Positions 38,737 through 52,156 are shown, counted from the first letter of the stretch. The stretch is DNA of 64,000 nt from Octopus sinensis (GCF_006345805.1 NC_043000.1:84940001-85004000), one strand, 5' to 3'. Notes: a model not told the origin generated them from the sequence alone. Translations and numbers: made by a program.

Positions 38737-39022
38737 ATAGTATTGATAAGATAGGAGATGGAATGTGCAATAGATTTTATTGAGCACAACACGTTTCGAC
38801 TCGTCGTCCTGCGTCACTTCGAGTACATCAATAAATAAAGTCTCACTACAGACTTCTTCGATCGGCTTACGCACCGCTGTATGTCCATCATATAGCTGAC
38901 CCAAGATATCTCTAGTGAAACTTTTTTATTGATGTATCCAAAGAGACCCAGAACGACGGATCGAAACATGTATTGTACTCAATAAAATCTATTACGCATT
39001 CCATCTATCTTATTAATACTAT
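38737..39022. repeat. Fold-back element, arms about 115 bp, each with a degenerate hammerhead
   Basis: 38737-38852 versus 38909-39022; right arm CCAAAGA-GACC..GGATC-GAAAC-AT-GTA. Confidence 0.8.
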
Positions 39023-39289
39023 TATCCCAACCGCCACTACGAAGTTCCTGCAATAAATCTATAGATAATAACAGGTAACCTAAACTGTTCCGGTGCTTTA
39101 CTCATCTATTTATACATTTTGTATAATTTTTCCATTATTATTATATATATGTGTGTGTGTATGTGTATGTATGTGTGTACGTATGTATGTATGTACGTAT
39201 GTATGTATGTATGTATGTATGTATGTATGTATGTATGTACGTGTCTATGTATGTATGTATGTATGTATGTATGTATGTATGTATGTTAT

Positions 39290-39940
39290 GTCAGGTCACT
39301 TTCGAGTGCTATTGGTAACATGTAACCCAGTACAACCTGTTGCATGTATGTATGTATTGGACACCATGCGGGACGAAAAACAAAACCCGTCAAAGGGCGG
39401 AGGAACTCTTGAGAGTCAACGGCCATCAAATAAATGTCTTAAGGCTGTATCATGCGCGGGGACATAGAAATAATCGGTTAAACCATTGGGAGTGAAGGAC
39501 TCCTAGCCTTTGTTAGGGCATCCTTCTAGGAGAAGGTAACTCAGGAAACTGGGATAACTCCGATATAAAACCTGCGGCTCAGTCGTTACCGATGATGTTG
39601 ACTTGTTCTTCTTTTCGGATTATGGCTGCTGTTGCTTAGTGAGTGGGATTGACTCGGTGCACAGCCTTTCCTCACTTAAAAAAAAATCTTCTTGCACAGA
39701 CATTGCACGATAACAACATTGATTAAGCTTCGTGCAATGGCCATACTCGATAACGAGGGGGCAGCCACCATGTATGTATGTATGTATGTATGTATGTATG
39801 TATGTCAAAGGATGGACGAGAGTGGCAAGACTGGTAAAGCTGAACCAGCCAATTCTGAGTATGCTTTTCTAAGTAGGAGGAAAGAAAGCGGAAGATGGCA
39901 CTTCCCATACCGAATTACTTCAAGTGGACTACCCGTTATT
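39290..39940. mobile_element. Interspersed repeat fragment (possibly a LINE 5' region), related to 62290-62350
   Basis: ACCCGTCAAAGGGCGGAGGAACTC..GAGTCAA..GCCATC shared with about 62305-62355. Confidence 0.5.
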
Positions 39941-39944
39941 AGGG

Positions 39945-40348
39945 ATTCTACTCTTTTACTTGTTTCAGTCATTTGACTGCGGCCATGCTGGAGCACCGCC
40001 TTTAGTCGAGGAAATCGACCCCAGGACTTATTCTTTAGAAGCCTAGTACTTATTATATCGTTCTCTTTTGCCGAACCTCTAAGTTACGCGGACATAAACA
40101 CACGAGCATCGGTTGTCAAGCGATGTTAGGAGGACAAACACAGATACATAAACATATACACATACATACATATAAATATATATATACATATATACGATGA
40201 TCTTTCAGTTTCCGTCTACCAAATCCACTCACAAGGCTTTGGTCGGCCCGAGGCTATAGTACAAGACACCTGCCCAAGGTGCCACGCAGTGGGACTGAAC
40301 CAGGAACCATGTGGTTGGTAAGCAAGCTACTTACTACACAGCCACTCA
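39945..40348 (-). mobile_element. Full-length SINE family B
   Basis: Minus-strand head GTGGCTGTGTAGTAAGTAGCTTGCTTACCAACCACATGGTTCCTGGTTCAGTCCCAC through tail GACTGAAACAAGTAAAAGAG. Confidence 0.88.
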
Positions 40349-40704
40349 ATTATTTATTTTTCTAATTTCTATTTAGATATCCCTTTGTTATATCCTTTGA
40401 TGTTTCCCTTTGACCGAAACTCCACCTGTTTTTGTGTGTTGAATCTAGTCCTTTGAATTTGACATCTATGTCTGGGACCTTGTAACCAATGAAACAAATC
40501 CATGGTTTTTTTATGGGGTTTTCCATGAGCAACCCTCGAATGTCTCTTCCCTATTGAGGATCACACATCGTTGATTTTTCTTTGATTTTTGTTTGCAAAA
40601 CTCTCACAACACACACTCACACACATACACACACACTTTCTTTGTTTTGTGCTGTGCTATCAATAATGTTTTTCTTAATGTAAACCTTTGTGGTTAATAA
40701 AATC

Positions 40705-41030
<326 letters not shown>

Positions 41031-41056
41031 ATTATTATTATTATTATTATTATTAC

Positions 41057-42996
41057 TTTTTTTTTCTTCTTTCAAATTTGCTTCCATTTCTTGCCGAGTG
41101 TCTTCCCGACTCCTAGGGCAAAGAAACTCATAGTATACATTGGTAGGCCATTAAACCAAACTCAGTAGTTCGTTCATTTTTTTTTTTAAGTTAAATTAAA
41201 ATACATGAGCAGCAACAGTTCTCACATCGACAATGCTCTTCTCAATACGTGTGATGTACCAGTTAAGACAATCTTTTGCACTTCTTGCAGGGATGGTAAG
41301 CCAGGGATCATTCTCATATAATTTTCGGTTCCCTTCTTGATCATTCCTAGTGCTCCTACGATCACTGGTATTGTAACCGCCTTGAGATGCCACATTTTCT
41401 CAATTTCAATGAGTAGGTCTTTATATTTTCTGAGCTTGTCAAACTCTTTCGCTGAGATATTATGATCACAGGGGATGCTCACGTCGATCAATAAGCAAAC
41501 TTTATTGTTTTGGTCTTTCACAACAATATCTGGTTTATTGGCCTTGATGGTTCGGTCTGTATGTACTGGAAAGTCCCACAGAATGGTTACATTTTCTCCT
41601 TCAGTTACAGCCTCAGGGTGGTGATTATACCACTTGTCGGCAGTTTTGATATTGTAATGCCGACTTATTAGCCAGTGGAGATATTGGCCAACTCTGTCAT
41701 GTCTTAATTTATACTCCACTGGTGCTAAGACTTTACATCCAGAGATTAGGTGGTCCACTGTTTCAATCATGTCGTTGCAGAATCGGCATTTTGGGTCTGC
41801 TCCATTTTTCATCACATTGGCCTGGTAGTTCCGGGTTAATAGGCTTTGATCTTGAGCAGCCAGGATGAAACCTTCGCTCTCTGCTTTTAGCCCTGAGCTC
41901 CGTAGCCACTGATGGGTTGCTTCTGGTCAACATCAGCTTGTTTGCTGCGGGTCACATATTTGCCGTGCAGAGGTTTCTCCTCCCACCTATCAGCCAATTG
42001 CTCGTGCGCTTTCTTCATTGCCATCATTTTCACCTTCTTTGCAACAATAGTTGCCGTACTTCCCTCGGGTTGTTCAGTTTGGGTATTCTGCACGAGATCA
42101 ATAGCAAATTTTTTGCTTTCCTTTATGATAGAATGAAGCTTCTTTCGTCTCTCGTGATTTTCCACGAGATTTAGCATCCAGTCATTCGATATTTCGAGAT
42201 ATTTGGCCAGTCCAATTGTGGTTGTTTTGCAAGCTAGTTCAAATTGGATCAGGCCTCGACCTCCTTGGGCTCTGGGAAGGTAAAGGCGATCTACGTCTGC
42301 CTTTGGGTGGTGCATCCTATTACAACTCAGCAGCTTGCGTATTTTTCTATCTATATTCTTTACTTCACTCATTCCAGTTCAACACATTGTAGCTATAAAT
42401 AACAACTGGAACTGCTATGGAATTTATAGCTAACACCTTGTTACGTGCATTTAGTTCAGATTCCAGGACTGCACGAACTTTCCTATAACATTCCTTCCTG
42501 ATTTTCTCTTTCATGCTTGCATGCTGAATACCAGAGCCTTCATTTATCCCTAAATATTTGTATGTTTGTTCTTGCTCAAGCTCTCTTATGACTGTGTCAA
42601 CATCTAACACGACTGAATTTGTGGTCTTCACTTTCCCTTTCTGGAAAGTGGCCTTGGCACACTTCTCAAGTCCAAACTCCATCCCGATGTCATCGCTGAA
42701 TGCTTTCACGGTGCGCAATAGGCCTTCAAGTTCATTATTGTCTTTACCATAAATTTTTAAGTCATCCATATAAAATAGATGGCTTATTTTTTTATTGGCA
42801 ATTTTATACCCATACGCTGTTCTGTTTAATTCACTTGTAAGGGGTATTAGGGCTATGCAGAATATTAAAGGTGAAAGTGAGTCACCTTGAAAAATTCCAC
42901 AGTTGATGTTTATATTTTCTGAGGCAAGTACTCCATTAGAGTGGTATAATTGGAGATTCGGCAAGTACTCCATTAGACTGGTATAATTGGAGATTC
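41057..42996 (-). mobile_element. 5'-truncated R4/Dong-like non-LTR retrotransposon (RT + CCHC + restriction-like endonuclease) in (TAA)n
   Basis: GIFQGDSLSP, YMDDLK, RGGRGL-like GGRGL, EGFILAAQDQ (restored frame), CRFC..ETVDHLISGC, RHDRV, KPDIVV..IDV..KYKDL; two frameshifts; (TAA)n on both sides. Confidence 0.88.
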
Positions 42997-43014
42997 TTCT
43001 TCTTCTTCTTCTTC

Positions 43015-43051
<37 letters not shown>

Positions 43052-43052
43052 G

Positions 43053-43090
<38 letters not shown>

Positions 43091-43092
<2 letters not shown>

Positions 43093-43342
43093 TTTCTTCT
43101 TTCCATTTCTTGCCGAGAGTCTTCTTGATACCTAAGGCTGTGATCGTTTGTTCATTTACAAAATCAAATAAAGTTATGTTGAGAGTAAAACATTATTTAC
43201 ATAGGACGTCGATCTCACAGTGAGAATACACTTTTCAATATGAGTGATGAACCCGTTAAAAACAATCTTTTTCATCTCTTGCATGGATGGTAAGCCAGAG
43301 TTCATTCTCAAATTAGTTTCACTTCTATTTTTCGATCGGGCT
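43091..43342 (-). mobile_element. 3'-terminal fragment of a related R4/Dong-like element
   Basis: TTCCATTTCTTGCCGAG and ACAATCTTTT..CTTGCA.GGATGGTAAGCCAG..TCATTCTCA shared with 41082-41098 and 41268-41318. Confidence 0.75.
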
Positions 43343-43640
43343 CACAATCACAAGGTAGTGAGTTCGATTGCCTGACCGGGCTGTGTGCTGTGTTCTTGAG
43401 CAAGTCATTTTATTTCACATTGCTCCAGTTCACTCAGCAGTAGAAACTAGTAGCGACGTCACTGGTGCCAAGCTGTATCGACCTTTGCCTTTCCATTGGA
43501 CAACATCGGTGGCGTGGAGAGGAGATGCTAATATGCATGAGTGACTGCTGGTCTTCCAGAAGGAACTTTGCCCGGACCTGTACTTTGGAGGGAAACTTTC
43601 TAGGTCCAGTCTCATGATCATTTATGACAGGAGGTCTTTA
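43343..43640 (+). mobile_element. tRNA-derived SINE (family C-like)
   Basis: GAGTTCGATT B box followed by TGTGTTCTTGAGCAAG..TTTATTTCACATTGCTCCAGTTCACTCAGC core as in 6613-6929. Confidence 0.75.
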
Positions 43641-43664
43641 CTCTCTCCTTCTCTATGTGTTGTA

Positions 43665-43735
<71 letters not shown>

Positions 43736-44088
43736 CTGTATTATATACGTATGTATGTATAATGAGTTGATCATTTCGAGATTTTAAGAGACCGTTCTTA
43801 CAATAAAGAACCCAAGTTTCTTTAATGAGGAGCTAAATATTTTTTATTAATATTAATATATATAAAGTGTGTAACACGCGTAGGAAATAAACAATTCTCA
43901 ATTACAGCGAAAATATTTCTTTTATACAAATTTATTAGAGGGATAATAAATTTGTAATAGAATGAAAACGAGACTTAATTTCAACAATATTATATATATG
44001 TGAGGAAAAAATACTCAAAAGTGAAATAGGATTTAGTTATAGTTGTATAAATAAAATATATCGATATATATATATATAATATATATAT

Positions 44089-44150
<62 letters not shown>

Positions 44151-44240
44151 TAATAAATAAAATATATGCATACATACAAACATATATGTACGTACCGACA
44201 TCTACATGTATATATACATGCATATATAATATATATACGT

Positions 44241-44830
44241 ACAGGACATCACAGGAAGACGAAAAAATCAACAGAACGAAAACGGAAAAGACATTTTGTT
44301 ACAACAGAAGGGCAGAGACGTGGAACAAGACGAAACGAAAACGAAAACAGGAAAAACAATTATGTGCAGCAGAAAAACGAAGTACAGGACATGCTGCACA
44401 AGGAAAAATCCCCTTCATCAGCTGCCGCTAGCAGACACGTGTTTCGAAGGCAGAGACAGAACACGTATAGCCAAGCCAAGCCTTCCTACGAGGGAATTAA
44501 AATAAAATAAACTCGTAGAGGGGTAAACGAGCGAGAAAAAATGTAACACAAAAAGGGACGTAACAAAGAACTGCACAAAAAAATACATACAAGAAAAAAA
44601 TAAATAATACATAATAAAGATACATGTACAAGAAAATACATAACGAGAATTAAATTGGAATACGAGAAATCAAAAATAAACAAGAGAACAAACGAAAAAG
44701 ACGAACGAAGGCCTTTGTTCTGGCTGGGACGGGATAGGTAACTGGCGAGCGCGAGGAAACATGACCTTAGGGCCTGAATGCAACAGGCGGAAAGGTTTAG
44801 CAGTGACGAAAGTGAGGAGGGGAGAGAGAG
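44241..44830 (-). mobile_element. About 590-bp non-coding element with a permuted (type II-like) hammerhead motif
   Basis: Unique non-coding block between (TA)n and (GA)/(TA)n; minus strand CCTTC-GAAAC-ACGT-GTC-TGCTAGCGGCAG-CTGATGA-AGGGG at 44410-44450. Confidence 0.5.
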
Positions 44831-44855
44831 AGAGACAGATAGAGGAAGACACAGG

Positions 44856-44890
<35 letters not shown>

Positions 44891-45030
44891 GAGGAAGAAT
44901 ACATTCTGTACTTACTTTAATATGTAACTAGACAGTATTATTGAAGTGTGATCGTATATATTGTACGCACACACACACACACACATACACACAGATGCGT
45001 GCACACGCGTGTGGTAAGAAGCTTGCTCCC

Positions 45031-47228
45031 CCCCCCAAGAAGGTTGCTTCGGCGCATGTGCGTGTAAGTGTGATGTTTGGCACCGAAGCGGTGAGACGTA
45101 CTTTTGAAGCCGTCTCGAATTGAAAAATTTTGAAGCACCACTGTAACATAAGATTCTGTTTTTGGGATCCAGTGGGAATTTTTTGTTTTACGAGAATTTT
45201 TTTGTACAAGCAGGAAGTCCTACTGGATTCTGAATTCTGGTCTACCTGCATGGAGCGAATATTTTTTCTCACTTAATTGTGAGAATTGTTGCTTGGAGGA
45301 GTATCGTGCCTACTCACTATTTGCGAATTTTTAAAATAATTGTGAGAACTGCTGTTTGGGGGAGTGTCTTTGCCTCCGAAGATTCAACGATTTGTATACC
45401 AGTTTTTGTGGTAGTTGTGTTCCAGTCGTGGTGTTCCGGGTTCATGTTTTTTTTCTTTTTGCTGTACTTCTGAACTATTGACTTTCTTCCTTCTAAACTT
45501 TATTTGACTTTCTTTTTTCGTGAATTGTTTTCCTTTTCTTCTTTTCATTTTATTGTGACTTTCTTTTGATTTCCTTTTTTCTTCTCTCGTTTTAAGTTTT
45601 ATTTTGAACTATTTTCAAACTGTTAAAAAAAGGGGGGGAACATGGCAATGAAAAAAGACAATGTTTTCGAGTGGGAGATTGTACCGCCCAAAAAATGGTT
45701 GAAAGACTGTGAAGATAGGTCGGTGGAGTTGAGGACCTACTCCAAGTCACTCGACACCACCGCCCTATTCGAAAAGACTGCAATTGAAAAGGAGTTAGCA
45801 CAGTATTTGCCAACAATTAAATTCATTTCCAGGGTTGTCAAATACGCAACGGTGTGATTGCTATTTGACACCCCTGAATAAACTCGCAAATTTGCGAGCC
45901 ACCCCTTGGAGGGCGAAGAAATTTTGTTTCTTCCCACGTATTGTGGGAGGAGGTTGACGGGAGGTCGGGTCTGCGGGTTGCCACCCAGGATAAAACCCGA
46001 GTGGATAGAGGATACTATCCGCCGGGGTCTGGGTGGAAGCGGAGCCAAGCTCCTTAATGTGAAAGTTTTTCCTGCGGCTGATTGGGTTGGGTCAAAAGCT
46101 GTTTTGACCCTTTGGACCCAATCAGCCAATCTGATTTTTGCAGATATTTTGAAAATGGCCGGGTGCAGGTACCCGGTGATTCTTGAGGGTCGCCCTCCCA
46201 CCCCAGGTGTCATCGGTGTCTGGAGTCTGGCCATATAAAGAAAAACTGTCCCCAGGAACAAAATAAGGTCCTGGAGCAGTTGAGTGAGGCCTCTCTAGAA
46301 GAGGGAATGAAGGCAGCCGAGGAGGCGGAGGACTCCTCAAACAGGGGCCGCAAGAGGAAGAAGGCGAGCAACAATGGGTGCTCACCAAAGGACCATACGG
46401 ATGAAGAAGGGGAAGTGAATCCCCCGGTCACGGAGGCGGCGCACACACCCCTCAGTTGAAAAGAAAAAAGAGGAAGAGGAAGAGAAACGGGACATTGCCT
46501 GCAGTCGGTAACATAGTACCGGAATATCCCGCAACTACGTCGCTTGGGGTTGTGCCACCGGCGGGAACTGTGCCGCCAACGGTAGAATTGGATATCCCGC
46601 CCCCGGCGGAAGACGAATTATTGATCTTCTATAGAGGCGGAGAGGTTGAAAAGGTGGTGGAAAAGCACCATAAGAGAGCACCTTTAGCCTGCACACTGGA
46701 TCCCGAATGGCCTCCGCAGATAGCTGTGGAGGTCATAACGTTGGGCGTGACGTTTAGGCTGGAGGAACTCAATGAGCAATATCGCTTGTACCCGGGCGAC
46801 GCCAACACGGAACCCGCTTTGATCTTGAATGAGGCGTGAAGGATGGCTTAAGATGCGGGCACAAGTGATGTTGAGGGTGAGTTATAAATTGTGGCACTGT
46901 GTGACACAAACATTTGATAAAAGGCACTTCGCCTTCTTCTTTCTGAACTCCCGGCTGTCAACGCGGTCTGCTCTGCAGGCGGCTAGATATTTGACTAAGG
47001 GTCCGGAATAAGGAGGAAAGGAAAAGTGATAGTGTATTTTTGATGTTTGATTGACTTTTTGATTTTTATGTAATAAAAGAACCTGTGATTTCGAGTGGGG
47101 TTCGGTCTGCGGGCGCCGAATACCCTTCCCATTTACATCATTCGTATTTGTCATTTTCATCACATTAATGTATATGTCCAGCCCGCATTGCTTCTCTGTA
47201 AGGCCTTCATGGCCAATTTGATAAAATA
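45031..47228 (+). mobile_element. ORF1-only (HAL1-like) LINE derivative, 2.2 kb, inserted in a SINE head
   Basis: TSD AAGAAGCTTGCT at 45016-45027 / 47229-47240; 3' end GATAAAATAAA; ORF1 similarity but no endonuclease/RT motifs. Confidence 0.8.
45642..46839 (+). pseudogene. Degenerate Tx1/L1-type ORF1 with zinc knuckle
   Basis: ILFLPTYCGRR and VILEGRPP + (frameshift) CHRCLESGHIKKNC align with ILLPLYLGCR and VSVEGRRPRCFKCGQKGHVRSVC of ORF1 at 22960-24048; stops near 45855 and 45878; frameshifts near 46207 and 46456. Confidence 0.78.
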
Positions 47229-47582
47229 AAGAAGCTTGCTTCCCAGCCACATGTTTATGGGTTCAGTCTCACTGCGCGGCCCCTCGATCAAGTGTCTTCA
47301 GCTATAGCTGTTGGCTGACCAAAGACTTGTGAGTGGATTTGGTAGACGGAAGCTGAAACAAGCCCGTCGCGCGCGCGCGTGTGTGTGTGTCACTACCGCT
47401 TGACAACCGGTGTTGGTTTGTTTACGTAGCCGTAACATAACGGTTCGGTAAAAGACACCGACAGAATAAGTACTATAAAAAATAAAGAAAGAAAGAAGTA
47501 ATGGGGTCGATTCATTTGACTAAAAATTCTTTAAGGCAGTACCCAAGCATGGCCGCAGTTTGATGATTGAAACAAATAAAAG

Positions 47583-47585
<3 letters not shown>
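47229..47585 (+). mobile_element. SINE family B (remainder; 5' part at 45008-45030)
   Basis: AAGAAGCTTGCTTCCCAGCCACATG..GGGTTCAGTC continues the GTGGTAAGAAGCTTGC at 45011. Confidence 0.85.
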
Positions 47586-47618
<33 letters not shown>

Positions 47619-48164
47619 ACGCAAACACCACGCACACGTATATATATATATGTGTGTGTGTGTGTGTATACTATATATAATATATTATATATATGTGTGT
47701 GTGTGTGTATGTATCCATACATGTATGTATGCATCTATGTATGCGTACATGTATGAATATATGTGTATGTATGTGTGTGTGTATGTATAGACAAAAATAT
47801 AGACACACACACACACACTTGATCTCGACCTATTGCGTCTGCTTTCATACTTATTTAACCGTCACCCTCCAGCTATCCTTTTGATGTAATAGGTTATTGA
47901 TTTCTAAAACATTGTTTACATGTCTTTCTTACTGTTTCCTCCAGAATTTTCACTGTGATATGTTAGCGTAGCGAGATCAATTACGTTTTCATTGACCTCT
48001 AAGAAGTTCCAAGAACAGACTCTTCTTGGGTCGTCCTTCACATGATATACTGTGCAGCAATTTCAACCATTATAGGCTTTCCTTATGAAAAAAATCTTCC
48101 ATTGTCGCTAATCCTTTTGATTCTTTCATTCCATTTTTTAGGAATATTGTCTATTCTTGTGTAC

Positions 48165-48195
<31 letters not shown>

Positions 48196-48200
48196 ATATA

Positions 48201-49031
48201 TCAACAATTGAGGGTAAAATTAATTAATCAATTTCACCAAGTGTTCAGTATGTAAAAGGACCATTTAAGGCGAATTCAAAATATTACATTATATAATTAG
48301 GGCTTAGTAAAATAAATTACTTTGCCACATACTGAACTTAATAGAAATAGCAGCCCAAAAAATTTTTTTAGCCATTTCTACTACTTAAAGAAAATTTCTC
48401 TCAGATAATGATTACTCAAGATAACTCACGAAGGTATGGAGGTAAATACAGAAAAATATCACAAGTACAAAGATCGTTTGAGAACGTCAACGTTTCTAGA
48501 TTAGCCAAATAAAATCAGCATTTCTTTCGTCAGCTCAAAATTTCTTAATTTGGATTTGGAAACACCAAAAAGAAAGAACTTTACCTCTCGGCGAACTTAT
48601 CACCTCAGATGAACCAGCTCAAACTGCCAGTGCTAACAAATTCAAAATGCGCAAGCGTAAATTCCTGCACTCCTCCTCCACCCACGCAGTCTATCTAGCA
48701 AACATTATATTTTAACCGCGAGAACCGAGGCAGTATGACAGAGAGAAATTAATTATAATATCAACAATTGAGGGTAAAATTAATTAATCAATTTCACCAA
48801 GTGTTCAGTATGTAAAAGGACCATTTAAGGCGAATTCAAAATATTACATTATATAATTAGGGCTTAGTAAAATAAATTACTTTGCCACATACTGAACTTA
48901 ATAGAAATAGCAGCCAAAAAAATTTTTTTAGCCATTTCTACTACTTAAAGAAAATTTCTCTCAGATAATGTTTACTCAAGATAACTCCTCGGCGAACTTA
49001 TCACCTCAGATGAACCAGCTCAAACTGCCAG
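48201..49031 (-). mobile_element. 1.4-mer of a 560-bp hammerhead-bearing unit in (TA)n
   Basis: 48201-48427 is repeated at 48761-48987; 48587-48630 is repeated at 48988-49031; (TA)n flanks. Confidence 0.88.
48477..48539 (-). ncRNA. Type I hammerhead ribozyme motif
   Basis: Stem I UUUGAG/CUCAAA; CUGACGA; A-AGA...UCU-A; GAAAC; stem III ACGU-UG-ACGU; GUU site. Confidence 0.65.
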
Positions 49032-49057
49032 ATATATATATATATATATCGCCTTTT

Positions 49058-49260
49058 ATCTTTTATTTGTTTCAATGATTGGACTCCGGCGATGCTGTGT
49101 TGGGTTTCGTCGAACAAACCGACAGCAATACTTATATTTTTTTAAGTCTGGTACTTATGCTATCGGCTTCTTTCGCCGAACCGCTAAGCTATGGGGTCGT
49201 AAACAAACCAACACCGGTTATCAAGCGATCTTGGGGACAAACGCACAGAAACACACACAC
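49058..49260 (-). mobile_element. SINE family B, 3' half
   Basis: CTTTCGCCGAACCGCTAAG..AAACAAACCAACACCGGTT. Confidence 0.75.
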
Positions 49261-51353
49261 ATAGATACACATATATACATATGCATACATACATACATAT
49301 ATATTTTGAAGTATATTGTTATAATCATACTTTTATAACTATTTACTTAAAAATTAATTTTACCGATATGGTGATTTTTTATACGTTACCCACTGATTTT
49401 AATGATTATATCCTCTTTTTATAAATACACACACACATATATATATATGCATGTATGTATACATACTAATATTGATCACTGAGAATGAGCGCTCAACACC
49501 ACATTGGTGGATAAATATTCTTTATCTGTGGGCTTGTTAGCAACCAATGATTTCATGCGAAGAGATTTTCACAATTGTTCAGGTGTACCACATAGAAATG
49601 TTGGTATGATGTCAGAGTTTCTGCCATATCGTGGATTTTATTTCAGTAATGGATCTAAATGTTTTTTTTTATATTTGTAGACAACATACTACTCATATAA
49701 GTGGTGTGTTCCTGGCACACAACCTATTTTACAGGCAGGAGGACCGAGCCAGCAAGAGTTGATGTTCTTGACCGCAAGCAGAACGCTGTGGTTGAAATGA
49801 AACAAAGCTTCAACGTTGGGCTAGTAGTTGGCTACCCTATTATCACCATTATGTTTCAGCTTTGCTAATCAATACCTTCAGATCCGTAACGTGAGTTGGA
49901 TGCATACCACCACCACCACCACATTACCACTGCTACCGTTCACTGATTTAAAGGACAACTCTATTTCACCGTTCATTTCCCCTCACTACACTCACGGCTG
50001 TTCAGTTTGCAATCCCCATCTTAGATCTTCACGCAAATCTTACTTTTTGACTCACCCTGTTGTTTCTATAGATGAGCATTTCTTTCTGCTTTCTATTATC
50101 ATATGAATGTGTTTGTATGTGGGTACTTGCGTGCGTTGCACTTGCATATGTGTGAGCATATGTGCGTTTATCTGTGTATGCGTGTACTTTATATTTTGCG
50201 TGTGTATCGATGTGTGCATGAGCAATAAGCTTCATTCATTTGTCTGTCACGTTTTCGTGCACTATAATCCAGGAAGAAAAGTGTCCGGTGCTTAAACGCA
50301 TTGCAAGGTCTTTGGTGAGGATCGCGTGGCATGATTCAAAGAAGATTTCCAGGTCTATCAGCAATTTACTGAATACTTTAATCACAGATCTGCTGGAATC
50401 AGGTCGGTGTAGGTCACGTGATTTTTGCGTACTTTTGTATAATCATTTTCATTATTGCATTGTATTGAAATAAACCTCGACCTGACACACGCCAACTGCT
50501 TTCAAGTCCTAGCAGGAAGCAGTGAACTTGTGAAACGTCTAATCCTCTGATAAATGACTGATTTATTCAAGCAGGCAAACCTAGCATCACCAAAAGCGGT
50601 TCTTAACGTTTCCAAGATATTACAATTCCGCTTAGTCAAATTGTTCATGCAATATTCCAGTCACGCACACAGTCGTTGTTCTGTTGTTTATTTCTTTTAG
50701 AAACACATTTCCCCAAGAACAAAGCCATATCTTCAGCAATTAGTTTAAGCGGCTGTTTTTGTTAGTGTCATATATCGTTCTAGAAACAATACAATAAGTA
50801 GTCCACGATTTTTAAGCAATTCAAGTGTAGTTTAATAAAGAGATAAAATGATGTTCTGTCGTCATGTCCACGTAGATTAGCGAACATATCAAAATAGGAA
50901 TTTGCGTTTGTTAACGTATTCTTTTATTCGTTTACTGGTCTTTGCCATTGGACTGCAGCCATGTTGATTGGTGTACAGAATTTAAGAGCTTTTAGTCTAT
51001 CGTACTGACGACATATATATTTCAACTTGCTTCTTGTTTTATTTAGATCTATTTATCGGATGGTAAAGACGCACATTTTAACAGAACCAGGGTTTTACAC
51101 AACCAATACACACACTTACACGCATACATATGTGTGTGTCTGTGGTGTGTGTGTGTGTGTTTGTGTGTGTTTATGCACTTATATATTTATGTATGTGTAT
51201 GGTGCGTGTATATATATATATATATATATTACGGAGATCTACTCGCATAGCAAGTAATTAAACTTAAATGTTGAAGTGAATCGAACGGCTTTTGTGTGTT
51301 TCTTAAATGGCTTATAAACACCTTCCACGCTACAATTGTATATATATATATAT

Positions 51354-51707
51354 ATCAAAATAAGCAACAAGAATGACTTCGGTAATTTGGTACGATCGCT
51401 TCACGCTACATTATTTTATTAAATGTTGTATGTATTACAGCAGTTTTAAAATGTTGACCAATCATCACCCATTAATAGAGGTTTTCCATTAATACATAAT
51501 TTTCATTTCAATTGATAACATTATAGAGAAGGTAGATATATAGACAAAGATGTCGATTTAAATTTTAAGAACATTAAGGTAGTAGAGTTTATCAACTGAC
51601 TGCTCAACATTTTAAAACTGTTGTAATACTTACAACATTTAATAAAATGATGTAGCGTGAAACGATCGTACCAAATTACCGAAGTTATTCTTGTTGCTTA
51701 TTTTGAT
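51354..51707. repeat. Fold-back element, arms about 104 bp, next to (TA)n
   Basis: 51354-51457 versus 51604-51707; GAAAC-GATC-GTA at 51659-51670. Confidence 0.85.
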
Positions 51708-52098
51708 TATAATCACCCCATGGATTTATGGATAACACCATACAAAATTTTGGTGCATCTAACTTAAGTACCATATTCATTTGAATCTAAATTTTGCTGA
51801 ATTTATATATATATATATACATGCAAGAAGAAAATGGAAGAAAAATAACAGGAAGAAGTTAGTTGTTTGCGCTAGTAAGCCATTAATTTAATTAATTAAT
51901 AAAGAAAAGTGGTAGTAATAGTACATTTACGATCGTTTCTGTTTACCAGTTGTCGTGGTAGGCATCATCAGAATGCAGATGCGCACTCTTCTATCTTTAC
52001 TATCTCTCTCCTTCTCTTGTTCTTCATCCTTTCTGGTTTTCTCTCCCACCCTTCCCTATTCTTCTTCTCTCCTCTCAGTGTTCTCTCTCTCTCTCTCC

Positions 52099-52156
<58 letters not shown>

